Source of the DNA: an uncultured Oscillospiraceae bacterium
Lineage (GTDB): Bacteria > Bacillota > Clostridia > Oscillospirales > Acutalibacteraceae
Assembly (NCBI GenBank): GCA_900542575.1
Contig: UQOE01000005.1
Span: forward strand, 43,967-107,966
Direction of reading: 5' to 3'
Length of the DNA: 64,000 nt
The position numbers were made by a program, and so were the translations under genes. Positions 37,296 to 49,700 of the stretch are shown here, one piece after another. Within the stretch, counting starts at the first letter, position 1. Each line of letters begins with the position of its first letter. The notes beneath the pieces were generated by a model that was not told the DNA's origin, ran no database searches, and saw nothing but the letters and a program-made list of their open reading frames with translations.

Positions 37296-39245
37296 TTGAG
37301 TAGAGGAGCTTCCGTCCTGTTTTCCTTCTGCATGCTGGCGAGTCTTATCTCGACGGTCTTCCTGTTTCGCTGCAATTGGATTGCAGGGGTCGTTCAGGCG
37401 TGTGTCATCGCAGCCCTTGCGGCCGCATTCCTAATCTACTACCTTCGGAGTTCCCGCTACTATAAAGATGTCATTGAAAAAGCCAATACCTATTTTGACT
37501 TTCATGGAAGCAGGCAGGACTATCCCATCCCCATGGCTGTAGTTGGGCATAACAACGATATTGTCTGGTACAATGACCGGTTCCGTGACAAACTGCTGGG
37601 GGACGGTACGGCTTCCCTCCGGAAAATTGACCCGCTGTTCAGTCAGATGACTCCGAAAGAGGCGGCTGCCCACCCGGAAGGCATTGACCTCCGCTGCAGG
37701 GAACGGCTTTACACCGTTTACACGGGCGTTATTGACGAGGCGGAACAGCTTTACTGCCTCTATTATCTGGACAACACAGAGCTGAAACAGGCCGCTGCAG
37801 ACTACAAAAATTCCAAACCGGCCATTGTCTACCTTGTGCTCGACAACATGGATGAGCTGCAGCGCAATTTCAAGAGCAGTGAGTGCGAAGTCATTAACGG
37901 CGGCATTGAGACCATACTGGAGGCCTGGGCGGCCAAATATCCCTGCCTGCTGGAAAAATTCAGCGACGGCAACTATTTTATGGTCATCGAGGAGCGGGGC
38001 CTGGAAGAACTTATGGAGAACCGCTTCCAAATTCTGAAAAAGGTCCGCGAGTACACTTACGGCGAAAATCCTGTTGAGCTCACCATCTCCATTGGCGCCG
38101 GCCGGGGCCGGACGCTGCCGGAAGCCAATGAGCACGCCCGGCTTGCGCTGGAAATGTCCCAGAGCCGCGGCGGAGACCAGGCAACAGTCAACTCCGACGG
38201 AACGATGGAATTTTTCGGCGGAACCGTAGGGGGAACCACCAGCTCCAGCAAAGTCAAAGCGCGCATCATGTCGCAGAATTTCAACGAAATCTTCAAGCGC
38301 AGCGACATTATCTTTGCCGTCGGCCACACCTTCTCGGACTTTGACAGTATCGGCGCCGCCATCGGTGTCTTTGAGATGGCGAGGGCAGTCGGAAAGCCCT
38401 GTTTTATCATCACAAACCGCGGTACGACGATGGCCATGTCGCTTCTCCGCGCCTATGTGGAACAGGCGAACCGGGACCTGTTTATCCGGGACGATACCGC
38501 CTTTGCCATGGCAAAGGGAAAGCGAAGCACGCTTGTCGTTGTTGACACCCACCGTCCCAATTCTCTGGAATACCCCAATCTGACGGAGCATTTTGACACG
38601 GTCTGCGTTATCGACCACCACCGGCGTACTGCCAATTATATTAAACCGGCGGAAATTTTTTACAGCGAGCCCAATTCTTCCAGCGCCTGTGAAATGGTGA
38701 CGGAGCTCATCGAATATTTCCCGGACCGGGTGAAGCTGGAACCCATGAGTGCCAATGCACTGCTGTCCGGCATTATGCTGGACACACGCAATTTCGTTCT
38801 CGGAACCGGCGTGCGTACCTTTGAGGCAGCTGCCTATCTGAAGAACAAAGGCGCCAATACGGTTGCAGTAAAACAGCTTTTCTCCAACAGCCTGGACAAT
38901 TATAAAATCAAGGCTTCCATCTTGAATACGGCGGAGACCTACCGCGGCTGTGCCATTGCCACGACAAGGGAATCGGTGCCCAATATGCGCATGATTGCCT
39001 CACAGGTGGCAGATGAAATGCTCAGCGTCACCGGGGTAAAGTCTTCCTATGTTCTGTTTGAGGAGAACGGCCGCATCAACATCTCAGCCCGTTCCCTGGG
39101 GAAGATGAATGTACAGGTCATTATGGAAAAGCTGGGCGGCGGCGGCCACTTTACCATGGCAGCCACCCAAATGGAGCACACTACGATGGAAGAGGCGGCG
39201 GCTGAAGTCCGCCGCTCCATCGATGAATATCTTGAAATGGAGTGA
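37296..39245 (+). CDS. gdpP: Cyclic-di-AMP phosphodiesterase GdpP (TM-PAS-degenerate GGDEF-DHH/DHHA1)
   Basis: Two N-terminal TM helices, DHH motifs (DHH, GGGH) and a DHHA1 domain. Conserved gdpP-rplI-dnaB block. Confidence 0.85.
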   Translation: MSRGASVLFSFCMLASLISTVFLFRCNWIAGVVQACVIAALAAAFLIYYLRSSRYYKDVIEKANTYFDFHGSRQDYPIPMAVVGHNNDIVWYNDRFRDKLLGDGTASLRKIDPLFSQMTPKEAAAHPEGIDLRCRERLYTVYTGVIDEAEQLYCLYYLDNTELKQAAADYKNSKPAIVYLVLDNMDELQRNFKSSECEVINGGIETILEAWAAKYPCLLEKFSDGNYFMVIEERGLEELMENRFQILKKVREYTYGENPVELTISIGAGRGRTLPEANEHARLALEMSQSRGGDQATVNSDGTMEFFGGTVGGTTSSSKVKARIMSQNFNEIFKRSDIIFAVGHTFSDFDSIGAAIGVFEMARAVGKPCFIITNRGTTMAMSLLRAYVEQANRDLFIRDDTAFAMAKGKRSTLVVVDTHRPNSLEYPNLTEHFDTVCVIDHHRRTANYIKPAEIFYSEPNSSSACEMVTELIEYFPDRVKLEPMSANALLSGIMLDTRNFVLGTGVRTFEAAAYLKNKGANTVAVKQLFSNSLDNYKIKASILNTAETYRGCAIATTRESVPNMRMIASQVADEMLSVTGVKSSYVLFEENGRINISARSLGKMNVQVIMEKLGGGGHFTMAATQMEHTTMEEAAAEVRRSIDEYLEME

Positions 39246-39253
39246 ACCTCATT

Positions 39254-39697
39254 ATGAAAGTCATTCTGAAAGCTGACGTCAAAGGACTCGGAAAAAAGGG
39301 CGACCTCGTCAAGGCCTCCGACGGCTATGCACGCAACTTTTTGTTTCCGAAAAACCTTGCCGTCTCCGCAGATGCCCAGAACGTAACCGAGATGAAAAAC
39401 GCCCAGGCATCCAAACAATATAAATATGACACCGAAAAAGCAGCTGCTCAGGCCGATGCGGCTAAAATCGACGGCAAAACCATCGAGATGAAGGCAAAGG
39501 CCGGCGTCAACGGCAAACTGTTCGGCTCCGTTACGGCGAAAGAAATCGCTCAGAAAATCGGCGAGGACTTCGGTGTCAAGCTCGACAAGCGCAAAATTAA
39601 AGTCATGGACATCAAGGCATTCGGCACCTATGACGCGGTCTGCAAGCTGTTTAACGGCGTAGAGGCCACCGTCAAAGTCCGCGTTTCCGAACAGTAA
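39254..39697 (+). CDS. rplI: 50S ribosomal protein L9
   Basis: MKVILK.DVKGLGKKGDLVKASDGYARNFL signature. Confidence 0.95.
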   Translation: MKVILKADVKGLGKKGDLVKASDGYARNFLFPKNLAVSADAQNVTEMKNAQASKQYKYDTEKAAAQADAAKIDGKTIEMKAKAGVNGKLFGSVTAKEIAQKIGEDFGVKLDKRKIKVMDIKAFGTYDAVCKLFNGVEATVKVRVSEQ

Positions 39698-39741
39698 TTT
39701 TCAAACAGTAATTTCTTATCTGCAGAAGGGGGAGGGAACCC

Positions 39742-41130
39742 ATGGCAGACAACTATCATCCGCTCCCGGAGGACAGTGCCGGGCTTCCCTACAGTCTGGA
39801 GGCGGAACAGGCGGTTCTGGGAAGCATTCTTGTCGATCCGGACTGCCTGACGCTCATTCAGTCGGAGGGCTTTCAGGCGGACTATTTCTATCTGCCCCAG
39901 CACCGGCTTATCTACGGCTCTATTCTGCAGCTTCAGACCACCGGCGGCGTTATCGACCCGCTTCTCGTCGTCGAGAAGCTCCGGGAAAGTGACTCGTTTG
40001 ATGATGCCTCCGGAAAGCAGTACATCGCCCAGCTCGTTGACATGGTCCCTTCCACAGCCAATGTGGAATCCTACGCGAAGATCATCCAGGATAAATTCTA
40101 TAAGCGCGCTCTGATTACGGCATCCCGCGAAATCCTGGAGCAGAGCGAAGGGGAGAGTGCAGATGCGGAGACTCTTCTGGACAGTGCAGAGCAGAAAATC
40201 TATGATATCCGACAGGGCCGTTCCAATTCCGATGCCTCCCAGCTTGGCGACATCGTTATGGACAAGGTCTATGAAACGCTGGGACAGCTCAATTCGGAGG
40301 ACCGGGAAAAGTACCTCGGCATCAAGACCGGCTATTCGGACCTCGACAAGACCATATCCGGTCTCAACAAATCGGACCTGATTATCGTCGGCGCCCGTCC
40401 CGCCATGGGTAAGACGAGTTTTGCACTGAATATTGCCCGAAATGTGGCGGTCCATGGGAAAAAAGTGCTCTTCTTCTCCCTTGAGATGACAAAAGAGCAG
40501 CTGGCCTCCCGTGTGATCTCCATGGAAGCACGCATCCAGGGTCTCAAAATGCGGACCGGTCTGCTGACCGATGAGGACTGGCTGAACCTCTCCATCGCCA
40601 GTACCGCTCTCCGGGACGTGCCGCTCTACTTTGACGACACCTCTAACATCAGCGTCAACGAGATGAAGGCCAAAATTATGCGCATGAAGGATGTCGACTG
40701 CGTCTTCATCGACTACCTGCAGCTCATGAAATCGCCCAATCGCACGGAGTCCCGTGTCCAGGAGGTATCGGAGATTACCCGAAACCTCAAGCTCATGGCC
40801 AAGGACCTGGAAATTCCTGTGGTTGTCCTGGCACAGCTGGCCCGCGGCACAGAGGCCCGCGGCAAATCCCACCGCCCGCAGCTCTCCGACCTGCGTGAAT
40901 CCGGCTCTATCGAGCAGGATGCCGACATCGTCCTGATGCTCTACCGGGACGACTATTATTCCGACACCTCGGAAGAAGAGGAGGACGTCGAGGAGAAGGA
41001 GATCGACAAGGTCGAGGTTATCGTCGCAAAGAACCGACACGGTCCTACCAATACGGTTGAGCTTGGCTGGAACGGCGAATTTACTCTGTTTACCTCGCTG
41101 GAACACCACCGAGATGACGATCTTTTTTAA
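39742..41130 (+). CDS. dnaB: Replicative DNA helicase (DnaB family; no intein)
   Basis: N-terminal EAEQAVLGSIL, Walker A GARPAMGKT, and the RecA-like domain. Confidence 0.95.
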   Translation: MADNYHPLPEDSAGLPYSLEAEQAVLGSILVDPDCLTLIQSEGFQADYFYLPQHRLIYGSILQLQTTGGVIDPLLVVEKLRESDSFDDASGKQYIAQLVDMVPSTANVESYAKIIQDKFYKRALITASREILEQSEGESADAETLLDSAEQKIYDIRQGRSNSDASQLGDIVMDKVYETLGQLNSEDREKYLGIKTGYSDLDKTISGLNKSDLIIVGARPAMGKTSFALNIARNVAVHGKKVLFFSLEMTKEQLASRVISMEARIQGLKMRTGLLTDEDWLNLSIASTALRDVPLYFDDTSNISVNEMKAKIMRMKDVDCVFIDYLQLMKSPNRTESRVQEVSEITRNLKLMAKDLEIPVVVLAQLARGTEARGKSHRPQLSDLRESGSIEQDADIVLMLYRDDYYSDTSEEEEDVEEKEIDKVEVIVAKNRHGPTNTVELGWNGEFTLFTSLEHHRDDDLF

Positions 41131-41135
41131 CAGTT

Positions 41136-42506
41136 ATGGACATTCTTTCCAATATTGAAGAAACCCGGAAGCGTTACGAAATGCTGCCCCCCGGTTCGGC
41201 CGTTCTGGTCGGATTCTCCGGGGGCGCGGACTCCGTGACGCTTCTTTCCTGTCTCTGTACCCTTGCCCCGCGCTACCGCTGGAAGGTGGCGGCCCTGCAT
41301 TTTAACCACTGCATTCGGGGAGAAGAGGCGGATCGCGATGAGGAGTTCTGCAGGGCCTTCTGCGAAGAGCGTGGAATCCCGTTTTATGTCCGCCGGCGCG
41401 ATGTACCGATGGAAGCGAAAAAGTCAGGAGAAGGTCTGGAGGCCTGCGGCCGCCGTCTTCGCTACGCCTGGTTTGAGGAGATGGCAGACAGCCTTTTCCC
41501 GGATCGGGAGACTTTTATCTGTACGGCCCACAACGCCAATGACAGCGTGGAGACCGCGCTGTTCCATTTCGCTCGCGGCACTTCGCTGTCCGGCATGACG
41601 GGCATTGCCCCGGTGCGCGGTCGGATTGTCCGTCCGCTGATCCGCTGTTTTCGAGATGAAATTGAACAGTACTGTCGGGAAAACAACTTGTCCTACTGCA
41701 CCGACAGCACAAATCGGGATGTCCACTATTCCCGCAATCGGATCCGGCTGGAGGTCCTGCCGGAACTGGAGCAGATTCATCCGGCGGCGCTCCGCAGCAT
41801 GGCGCGCTCCATAGAACAGTTTGCACGGGATGAGTCCTTCCTGCGGGAACAGACGGCTGCCCTGCTCCGTCAGGCGAAACTGGACACAAAACCGCTGTCC
41901 TATTCCATTATTGTTCTGCAGAAGGCACCGGAAGCACTGCGTCTCCGCGCTCTGGCACAGATTTTGAGGGATTTCTCCGGCTGTGCGCCGGAAGAACAGC
42001 ATGTCGCAGCTGCCGCGGAGCTCCTGGAAAATGGAGGACAGATTCAGGTGCCCTCCGGCGCCGTCGTCCGGGCAGCACAGGGCCGGATTTTCTGTGCGGA
42101 GCAGGGGGAGACGGCTCCGTTCCGGTTCCACGGAGAAAAGATACTGCGGCTTCCCTATGGAATTTTTCATGCAGAGGAAACTTTTGATTGTGCGCAGTTG
42201 GAAAACGCCTGCGACTATGATAAAATGAATGGTAATTTTATTGTCCGGAATCGACGGCCGGGAGACCGGTTCCGTGTGCCCGGGCGAAAAATCAGCAAAA
42301 CGCTCAAGGCTCTGTTTCAGGAGAGGGGTATTCCAAAAGAGCAGCGAAGCGCCGTGACCGTTGTCGAGTGCAGCGGAAAAATTGCCTGGCTGGAGGGCTT
42401 TGGCCCGTCCGAGGCGTTTCAGGCGGGACCGGGCTGCCGTCACGGAATTTGCTTCTCGGTGGAACGGGTTCCTTTGGAAGAACAGGAGGATGAACTTGTT
42501 CAGTGA
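41136..42506 (+). CDS. tilS: tRNA(Ile)-lysidine synthetase
   Basis: PP-loop SGGADS with N-type ATP pyrophosphatase and a C-terminal domain. tilS-hpt-ftsH synteny. Confidence 0.85.
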   Translation: MDILSNIEETRKRYEMLPPGSAVLVGFSGGADSVTLLSCLCTLAPRYRWKVAALHFNHCIRGEEADRDEEFCRAFCEERGIPFYVRRRDVPMEAKKSGEGLEACGRRLRYAWFEEMADSLFPDRETFICTAHNANDSVETALFHFARGTSLSGMTGIAPVRGRIVRPLIRCFRDEIEQYCRENNLSYCTDSTNRDVHYSRNRIRLEVLPELEQIHPAALRSMARSIEQFARDESFLREQTAALLRQAKLDTKPLSYSIIVLQKAPEALRLRALAQILRDFSGCAPEEQHVAAAAELLENGGQIQVPSGAVVRAAQGRIFCAEQGETAPFRFHGEKILRLPYGIFHAEETFDCAQLENACDYDKMNGNFIVRNRRPGDRFRVPGRKISKTLKALFQERGIPKEQRSAVTVVECSGKIAWLEGFGPSEAFQAGPGCRHGICFSVERVPLEEQEDELVQ

Positions 42507-43059
42507 ACATATGCAGGATGATATTGACCATATCCTGCTGAATGAAGAGCAAATTCAGAGTATCGTCACACGGGTCGGACAGGAAATTACCCGGGACTAT
42601 GCCGGAAAAAATCTGGTCCTGGTCAGTGTGCTGAAGGGCTCTGTTGTCTTTATGGCGGACCTCATGCGCGCAGTTGATCTCCCGCTTTCCATTGACTTCA
42701 TGGTTGTGTCCAGCTACGGAAATGGAACCGAGAGCAGCGGTACCGTCAAAATTATCAAGGACCTTGACCTGGACCTCTCCGGGCAGGACCTGCTGCTGGT
42801 GGAAGATATTCTCGACACCGGGCGGACCCTTTACAATCTGCGGGAAATTCTCCGCATGCGGCATCCGAGTTCCATCAAAATCTGTACGTTCCTGGATAAG
42901 CCGGAGCGCAGAAAAGCCGACATCCATGCGGACTATGTCGGCGCACAGGTCCCGGATGAATTCGTCGTCGGCTATGGTCTCGACTTTTCGCAGCGCTACC
43001 GCAATCTGCCATATCTCGGCGTTCTGAAGCCGCATGTATATCAGGATGTTATTTCATGA
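42496..43059 (+). CDS. hpt: Hypoxanthine-guanine phosphoribosyltransferase
   Basis: PRPP-binding LLVEDILDTGRTL. Start ambiguous: ATG 42490 has zero spacing to the GGAGGA; TTG 42496 has 5-nt spacing; ATG 42511 is also possible. Confidence 0.8.
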   Translation: MFSEHMQDDIDHILLNEEQIQSIVTRVGQEITRDYAGKNLVLVSVLKGSVVFMADLMRAVDLPLSIDFMVVSSYGNGTESSGTVKIIKDLDLDLSGQDLLLVEDILDTGRTLYNLREILRMRHPSSIKICTFLDKPERRKADIHADYVGAQVPDEFVVGYGLDFSQRYRNLPYLGVLKPHVYQDVIS

Positions 43060-43141
43060 TTCTTTCATGACAAATTCATAACTTTGCGGTACTTTTTCGT
43101 ACTGCAGTATTCTATTTCAAACAGACTAAGGAGGAGAAACC

Positions 43142-45106
<1,965 letters not shown>

Positions 45107-45133
45107 ACCCCATCTTATCCAGCTTTTTACCTG

Positions 45134-45172
45134 CTGTCCCCGGAACGGAGGTCCCGGGGACAGTATTTTTCT
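45134..45172 (+). terminator. Rho-independent terminator after ftsH
   Basis: CTGTCCCCGG-10 nt-CCGGGGACAG followed by TATTTTTCTT. Confidence 0.85.
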
Positions 45173-45264
45173 TATGACACATCTCATTTCGACCCGCGGG
45201 ATTCAGTCGGAAATTCGACTGCGGGTTCTGCCGTCTGCCGGCCGACGTGGCGAATGCGGCTTGC

Positions 45265-45294
45265 TTGACAAGATCTGAATACCTGTCCTAAAAT
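45265..45294 (+). promoter_or_regulatory. Sigma-A type promoter TTGACA-18-TAAAAT upstream of the topoisomerase B gene
   Basis: Hexamers read directly. Confidence 0.45.
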
Positions 45295-45327
45295 GATTGT
45301 CTGAATTGATTTGGAACGGAGGCAACT

Positions 45328-47310
45328 ATGGCAAAATCCGCAAAATATTCCAACAACAATATCTCTCAGCTGAAGGGTGCTGATCGGGTTCGAAAACGTC
45401 CGGCGGTCATCTTCGGCTCGGATGGACTGGACGGGTGTCAGCATTCCTTTTTTGAGATTCTCTCCAACTCCATAGATGAGGCCCGTGAGGGGTTCGGCAA
45501 ACAGATCATTGTGACCCGCTATCTGGACCACTCGCTGCAGGTACAGGATTTCGGCCGCGGCATTCCGATGGACTACAATGAGAACGAGAAGGAATACAAC
45601 TGGAAGCTTGTGTTTTGCGAGATGTATGCTGGCGGCAAGTACAACACCAACGAGGCGGGCGGAAGCTATGAGTTTTCGCTTGGCCTCAACGGCCTCGGAC
45701 TCTGTGCCACCCAGTACTCATCCGAGTTTATGGACGCCGAAGTCTACCGCGACGATATGTGCTATACTATCCACTTTAAGAAAGGCAACCCCTCCGGCCG
45801 CCTGAAGAAGGAACCGGCCCCCGGCCATCCCACAGGTTCCAGGATTTACTGGAAACCGGATACCGATGTCTTTACCGATATCAGCATTCCGCTCGAGTAT
45901 TTTCAGGATATCATCCGCCGGCAGGCTATCGTCAACGCGGGTCTGACCTTTCTCCTGCGGGACGAAACCGCCCCTGGAAAATTCCAGGAGTACACCTTTC
46001 TCTATGAGAACGGCATCGTCGACTACATGAAAGAAACCGTCGGCGACGACGCATTCACTTCCGTACAGGAGTGGCGCACCGAGCGCGTCGGACGAGACCG
46101 TGCGGACAAGGATGACTACAAGGTCCTCATTCACGCAGCAGTCTGCTTTTCCAATAAGGTCCGCATAAAGGAGTACTACCACAACTCCTCCTGGCTGGAA
46201 CACGGAGGCGCACCGGAAAAGGCCGTGCGCAGCGCCTTTGTCTCCCAGATTGACAGCTATTTAAAGCAGAACAACAAATATACGAAGTCGGACAAGAAAA
46301 TCACATTCCAGGATATTGAGGACTGCCTCTGTCTGGTCATCTCCTCGTTCTCCACGCAGACATCGTATGAGAACCAGACCAAAAAGGCCATTACTAACAA
46401 GTTTATTCAAGAGGCCATGACCGACTTCTTTAAGCACCAGCTGGAAGTCTATTTTATTGAGAACAAGATGGACGCCGACCGCATTACCGACCAGGTTCTG
46501 GTCAACATGCGCAGTCGGGTTCGGGCTGAGAGCACAAGGCAGAATCTGAAAAAGACGCTCTCCGGAAGCATGGATATGTCCAACCGCGTCGCCAAATTTG
46601 TCGACTGCAGGACCAAGGACGTCGACCGCCGGGAGGTCTTTATTGTTGAGGGCGACTCTGCGCTGGGCGCCTGCAAGCAGGCGCGGGACTCGGAATTCCA
46701 GGCCGTTATCCCCGTGCGCGGCAAAATTCTCAACTGCCTGAAAGCGGACTACAACCGTATTTTTAAAAATGAAATTATTACCGACCTCATTAAGGTGCTC
46801 GGCTGCGGCGTCGAGGTGAAAACCAAGACCAAGGACATGAATTCTTTCTCCCTCGACCACCTGCGGTGGAACAAGATTATCATCTGTACCGATGCCGACG
46901 TCGACGGCTACCAGATCCGCACCCTTATCCTGACCATGATTTACCGGCTTATGCCGACACTTATCCGGGAGGGTAAGGTGTTTATCGCGGAGTCGCCGCT
47001 GTATGAGATCAACTATAAAGACCAGGTATGGTTTGCCTATACGGAGATCGAAAAAAAGCAGGTACTTGAAGAGCTGGAGGGGAAGAAGTATACCATCCAG
47101 CGTTCCAAAGGACTCGGTGAAAATGACGCCGATATGATGTGGCTCACCACCATGAATCCGCAGACCCGCCGTCTGATCCGAATCGACCCGTCCGATGCCG
47201 CCGCTACCGCTGCGCAGTTCAACCTTCTGCTGGGGGACAACCTGGCAGGGCGCAAGGAGCATATTGCAGAGGAAGGGCATAATTTCCTCGATCTGACAGA
47301 TCTTTCGTAA
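45328..47310 (+). CDS. parE: Type IIA topoisomerase ATPase subunit B (ParE/GyrB family; topo IV-like second copy)
   Basis: GHKL ATPase N-domain, TOPRIM (EGDSA, DxD), and a 660-aa length typical of ParE. Gene symbol assigned by family only. Confidence 0.75.
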   Translation: MAKSAKYSNNNISQLKGADRVRKRPAVIFGSDGLDGCQHSFFEILSNSIDEAREGFGKQIIVTRYLDHSLQVQDFGRGIPMDYNENEKEYNWKLVFCEMYAGGKYNTNEAGGSYEFSLGLNGLGLCATQYSSEFMDAEVYRDDMCYTIHFKKGNPSGRLKKEPAPGHPTGSRIYWKPDTDVFTDISIPLEYFQDIIRRQAIVNAGLTFLLRDETAPGKFQEYTFLYENGIVDYMKETVGDDAFTSVQEWRTERVGRDRADKDDYKVLIHAAVCFSNKVRIKEYYHNSSWLEHGGAPEKAVRSAFVSQIDSYLKQNNKYTKSDKKITFQDIEDCLCLVISSFSTQTSYENQTKKAITNKFIQEAMTDFFKHQLEVYFIENKMDADRITDQVLVNMRSRVRAESTRQNLKKTLSGSMDMSNRVAKFVDCRTKDVDRREVFIVEGDSALGACKQARDSEFQAVIPVRGKILNCLKADYNRIFKNEIITDLIKVLGCGVEVKTKTKDMNSFSLDHLRWNKIIICTDADVDGYQIRTLILTMIYRLMPTLIREGKVFIAESPLYEINYKDQVWFAYTEIEKKQVLEELEGKKYTIQRSKGLGENDADMMWLTTMNPQTRRLIRIDPSDAAATAAQFNLLLGDNLAGRKEHIAEEGHNFLDLTDLS

Positions 47311-47339
47311 GCTTTTAGAAGGGGAGGAACACAGATTCC

Positions 47340-49592
47340 ATGGCAAAGAAACGCAAAACGCCGAAGACCAATCGGGAGGAGAATCCGAACGCCCATATCA
47401 TGGGGGCCGGCGAGGTCGTCGATCAAAAAATCGTCGACACGCTGGAAATCAACTACATGCCCTATGCCATGAGCGTCATCATGTCCCGCGCCATCCCGGA
47501 GATTGACGGGTTCAAGCCGTCCCACCGGAAACTGCTGTACACGATGTACAAGATGGGCCTTCTGCGCGGCAGCCGCATTAAATCTGCCAATATTGTCGGG
47601 CGAACTATGCAGCTGAATCCCCATGGCGATTCGGCTATTTACGATACCATGGTCCGTCTCTCCAAAGGATATGAGGCACTTCTTCATCCTTACGTGGACT
47701 CCAAGGGCAACTTCGGTAAAGCCTATTCCCGTGATATGTCCTGGGCGGCTTCCCGATACACCGAGGCAAAACTCGCCCCGATCTGTGAGGAGCTCTTTCG
47801 GGATATCGACAAAGACACCGTGGACTTCGTTGACAACTACGATGCCAGTATGAAAGAGCCGACGCTGCTTCCGGTCACATTCCCATCTATTCTGGTCAAC
47901 AACAATACGGGTATCGCAGTCGGAATGGCGAGCTCCATCTGCTCGTTTAACTTAAAGGAGATCTGTGACACCACAATTCAGCTGATCCGCAATCCCAATG
48001 CAGATGTCATGGACACACTCCAGGCACCGGACTTCCCGGGCGGCGGCCAGATCCTTTTCGACCGCGACAAGATGCGGCAGGTGCTGGACACCGGCCGCGG
48101 CGGTATTTCGGTACGATCGAAATATGCTTACGATAAAGAAAGCAACTGCATCGATATCACAGAGATTCCTCCTACCACCACCTCCGAGGCCATCATAGAC
48201 AAAATCATTGAAAAGGCAAAGGCCGGGCAGCTGCGGGAAATCAGCGACATCCGTGACGAGACCGATAAATCCGGCCTGAAGATCACGATCGATCTGAAGC
48301 GGGGGACCGATCCGGACCGCCTGATGCGGAAGCTCTATAAATCCACCCCTCTGGAGGACTCGTTCTCCTGTAACTTCAATGTCCTTATTGCCGGCACTCC
48401 ACGGGTGCTCGGTGTCAAAGACCTGCTCACGGAGTGGATCTCGTTCCGCACTGAGTGCGTCCGCCGCCGTGTCTATTTTGACCTGACCAGGGCGCAGGAA
48501 AAACTTCATCTTCTGCAGGGCCTGGAGAAGATCCTGCTGGATATCGATAAGGCTGTTAAAATTGTCCGGGAGACAGAGGAAGAAGCAGAGGTTGTCCCCA
48601 ATCTTATGATCGGCTTCGGCATCGATGAGACCCAGGCCGAGTACGTGGCGGAAATTAAGCTGCGTCACTTAAACCGGGAGTTTATTCTCAAACGTCTGAA
48701 AGACGTCGAAGACCTGGAAAAAACAATTAAAGATCTTCAGGCGACGCTGAACGACCGCAGCCGCATTCAGGATATCATCGTCGACGAACTCACGGAAGTC
48801 GGGAAGAAATACGGACAGCCCCGCAAGAGCGTTATTGTCTACGCTGCCGACCTGGAAGAAGAGGAGGAAGAGGAGGAGACCGTCTCCGACGATCCGGTCG
48901 TCCTCCTGTTCACCAAAGACGGCTATTTTAAGAAGTTTAAGCCGCAGGCACTTCGCATGAGCGGCGAACAGAAGCTGAAAGAGAATGATGTCGTCACACA
49001 GGAAGTGGAGACGACCAATGACAAGGAGCTGCTGTTCTTTACCGACCGGCATCAGGTCTATAAAACAACGGTCGATGCCTTCTCCTATGGCAAAGCCGCC
49101 AATCTCGGAGACTATATCCCCACCGTTCTCGAGTTCGATGAGGGGGAAAATGCCATTTACATGGCAGTGACCGACCAGAAATACCGCGGGTATATGATCT
49201 TCCTGTTTGAAAACGGAAAGGCTGCCCGAATTGAGATGTCCTGCTATCAGACCAAGACGCACCGCAAACGTCTGCTCAGTGCCTACTCCGACAAGTCACC
49301 GCTGGCCGGCATCCTCTATGCCCCTGAGGACTGCGACCTCGTTCTGCAGTCTTCCGGCGGCCGGCTGCTCCTGCTGAACACCGCAGCTATCTCGGCCAAG
49401 TCCACGAAGACTTCTATTGGCGTCGCCATTATGCGTCTGAAGAAGGGACAGCGCGTTATGGGCATGCGTCCTTACGTCCCGGGCGAATTCAAGCACCCAT
49501 CCCGTTATAAGACCAAAACGTATCCGGCGCTGGGCGCTTTTCCGGCTGCAGAGGACACAGAAGGGGAACAGCTTACATTGACGACAGATTAA
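47340..49592 (+). CDS. parC: Type IIA topoisomerase subunit A (ParC/GyrA family) with internal poly-Glu insertion
   Basis: Breakage-reunion domain with the active-site region (...RYTEAKL) and a C-terminal beta-pinwheel. Follows the B subunit by 30 nt. Confidence 0.75.
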   Translation: MAKKRKTPKTNREENPNAHIMGAGEVVDQKIVDTLEINYMPYAMSVIMSRAIPEIDGFKPSHRKLLYTMYKMGLLRGSRIKSANIVGRTMQLNPHGDSAIYDTMVRLSKGYEALLHPYVDSKGNFGKAYSRDMSWAASRYTEAKLAPICEELFRDIDKDTVDFVDNYDASMKEPTLLPVTFPSILVNNNTGIAVGMASSICSFNLKEICDTTIQLIRNPNADVMDTLQAPDFPGGGQILFDRDKMRQVLDTGRGGISVRSKYAYDKESNCIDITEIPPTTTSEAIIDKIIEKAKAGQLREISDIRDETDKSGLKITIDLKRGTDPDRLMRKLYKSTPLEDSFSCNFNVLIAGTPRVLGVKDLLTEWISFRTECVRRRVYFDLTRAQEKLHLLQGLEKILLDIDKAVKIVRETEEEAEVVPNLMIGFGIDETQAEYVAEIKLRHLNREFILKRLKDVEDLEKTIKDLQATLNDRSRIQDIIVDELTEVGKKYGQPRKSVIVYAADLEEEEEEEETVSDDPVVLLFTKDGYFKKFKPQALRMSGEQKLKENDVVTQEVETTNDKELLFFTDRHQVYKTTVDAFSYGKAANLGDYIPTVLEFDEGENAIYMAVTDQKYRGYMIFLFENGKAARIEMSCYQTKTHRKRLLSAYSDKSPLAGILYAPEDCDLVLQSSGGRLLLLNTAAISAKSTKTSIGVAIMRLKKGQRVMGMRPYVPGEFKHPSRYKTKTYPALGAFPAAEDTEGEQLTLTTD

Positions 49593-49605
49593 CGCCGTTT
49601 TTATC

Positions 49606-49634
49606 TTGAAAACCGTAATTGCTTATGATAGAAT
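49606..49634 (+). promoter_or_regulatory. Sigma-A promoter TTGAAA-17-TAGAAT upstream of secG
   Basis: Hexamers read directly. Confidence 0.5.
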
Positions 49635-49700
49635 ATCGAAGTTAGCGAAAAGCGTAATCTATCTTGCTGTCAATTTTTATATAAGTACGGAGGAATTTCC

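Noticed and set aside
42361-42489. Long N-terminal extension of hpt suggested by the ORF track
   Set aside because: It overlaps tilS in another frame. The conserved Hpt N-terminus begins near MQDDIDH, so only starts at 42490-42511 are plausible.
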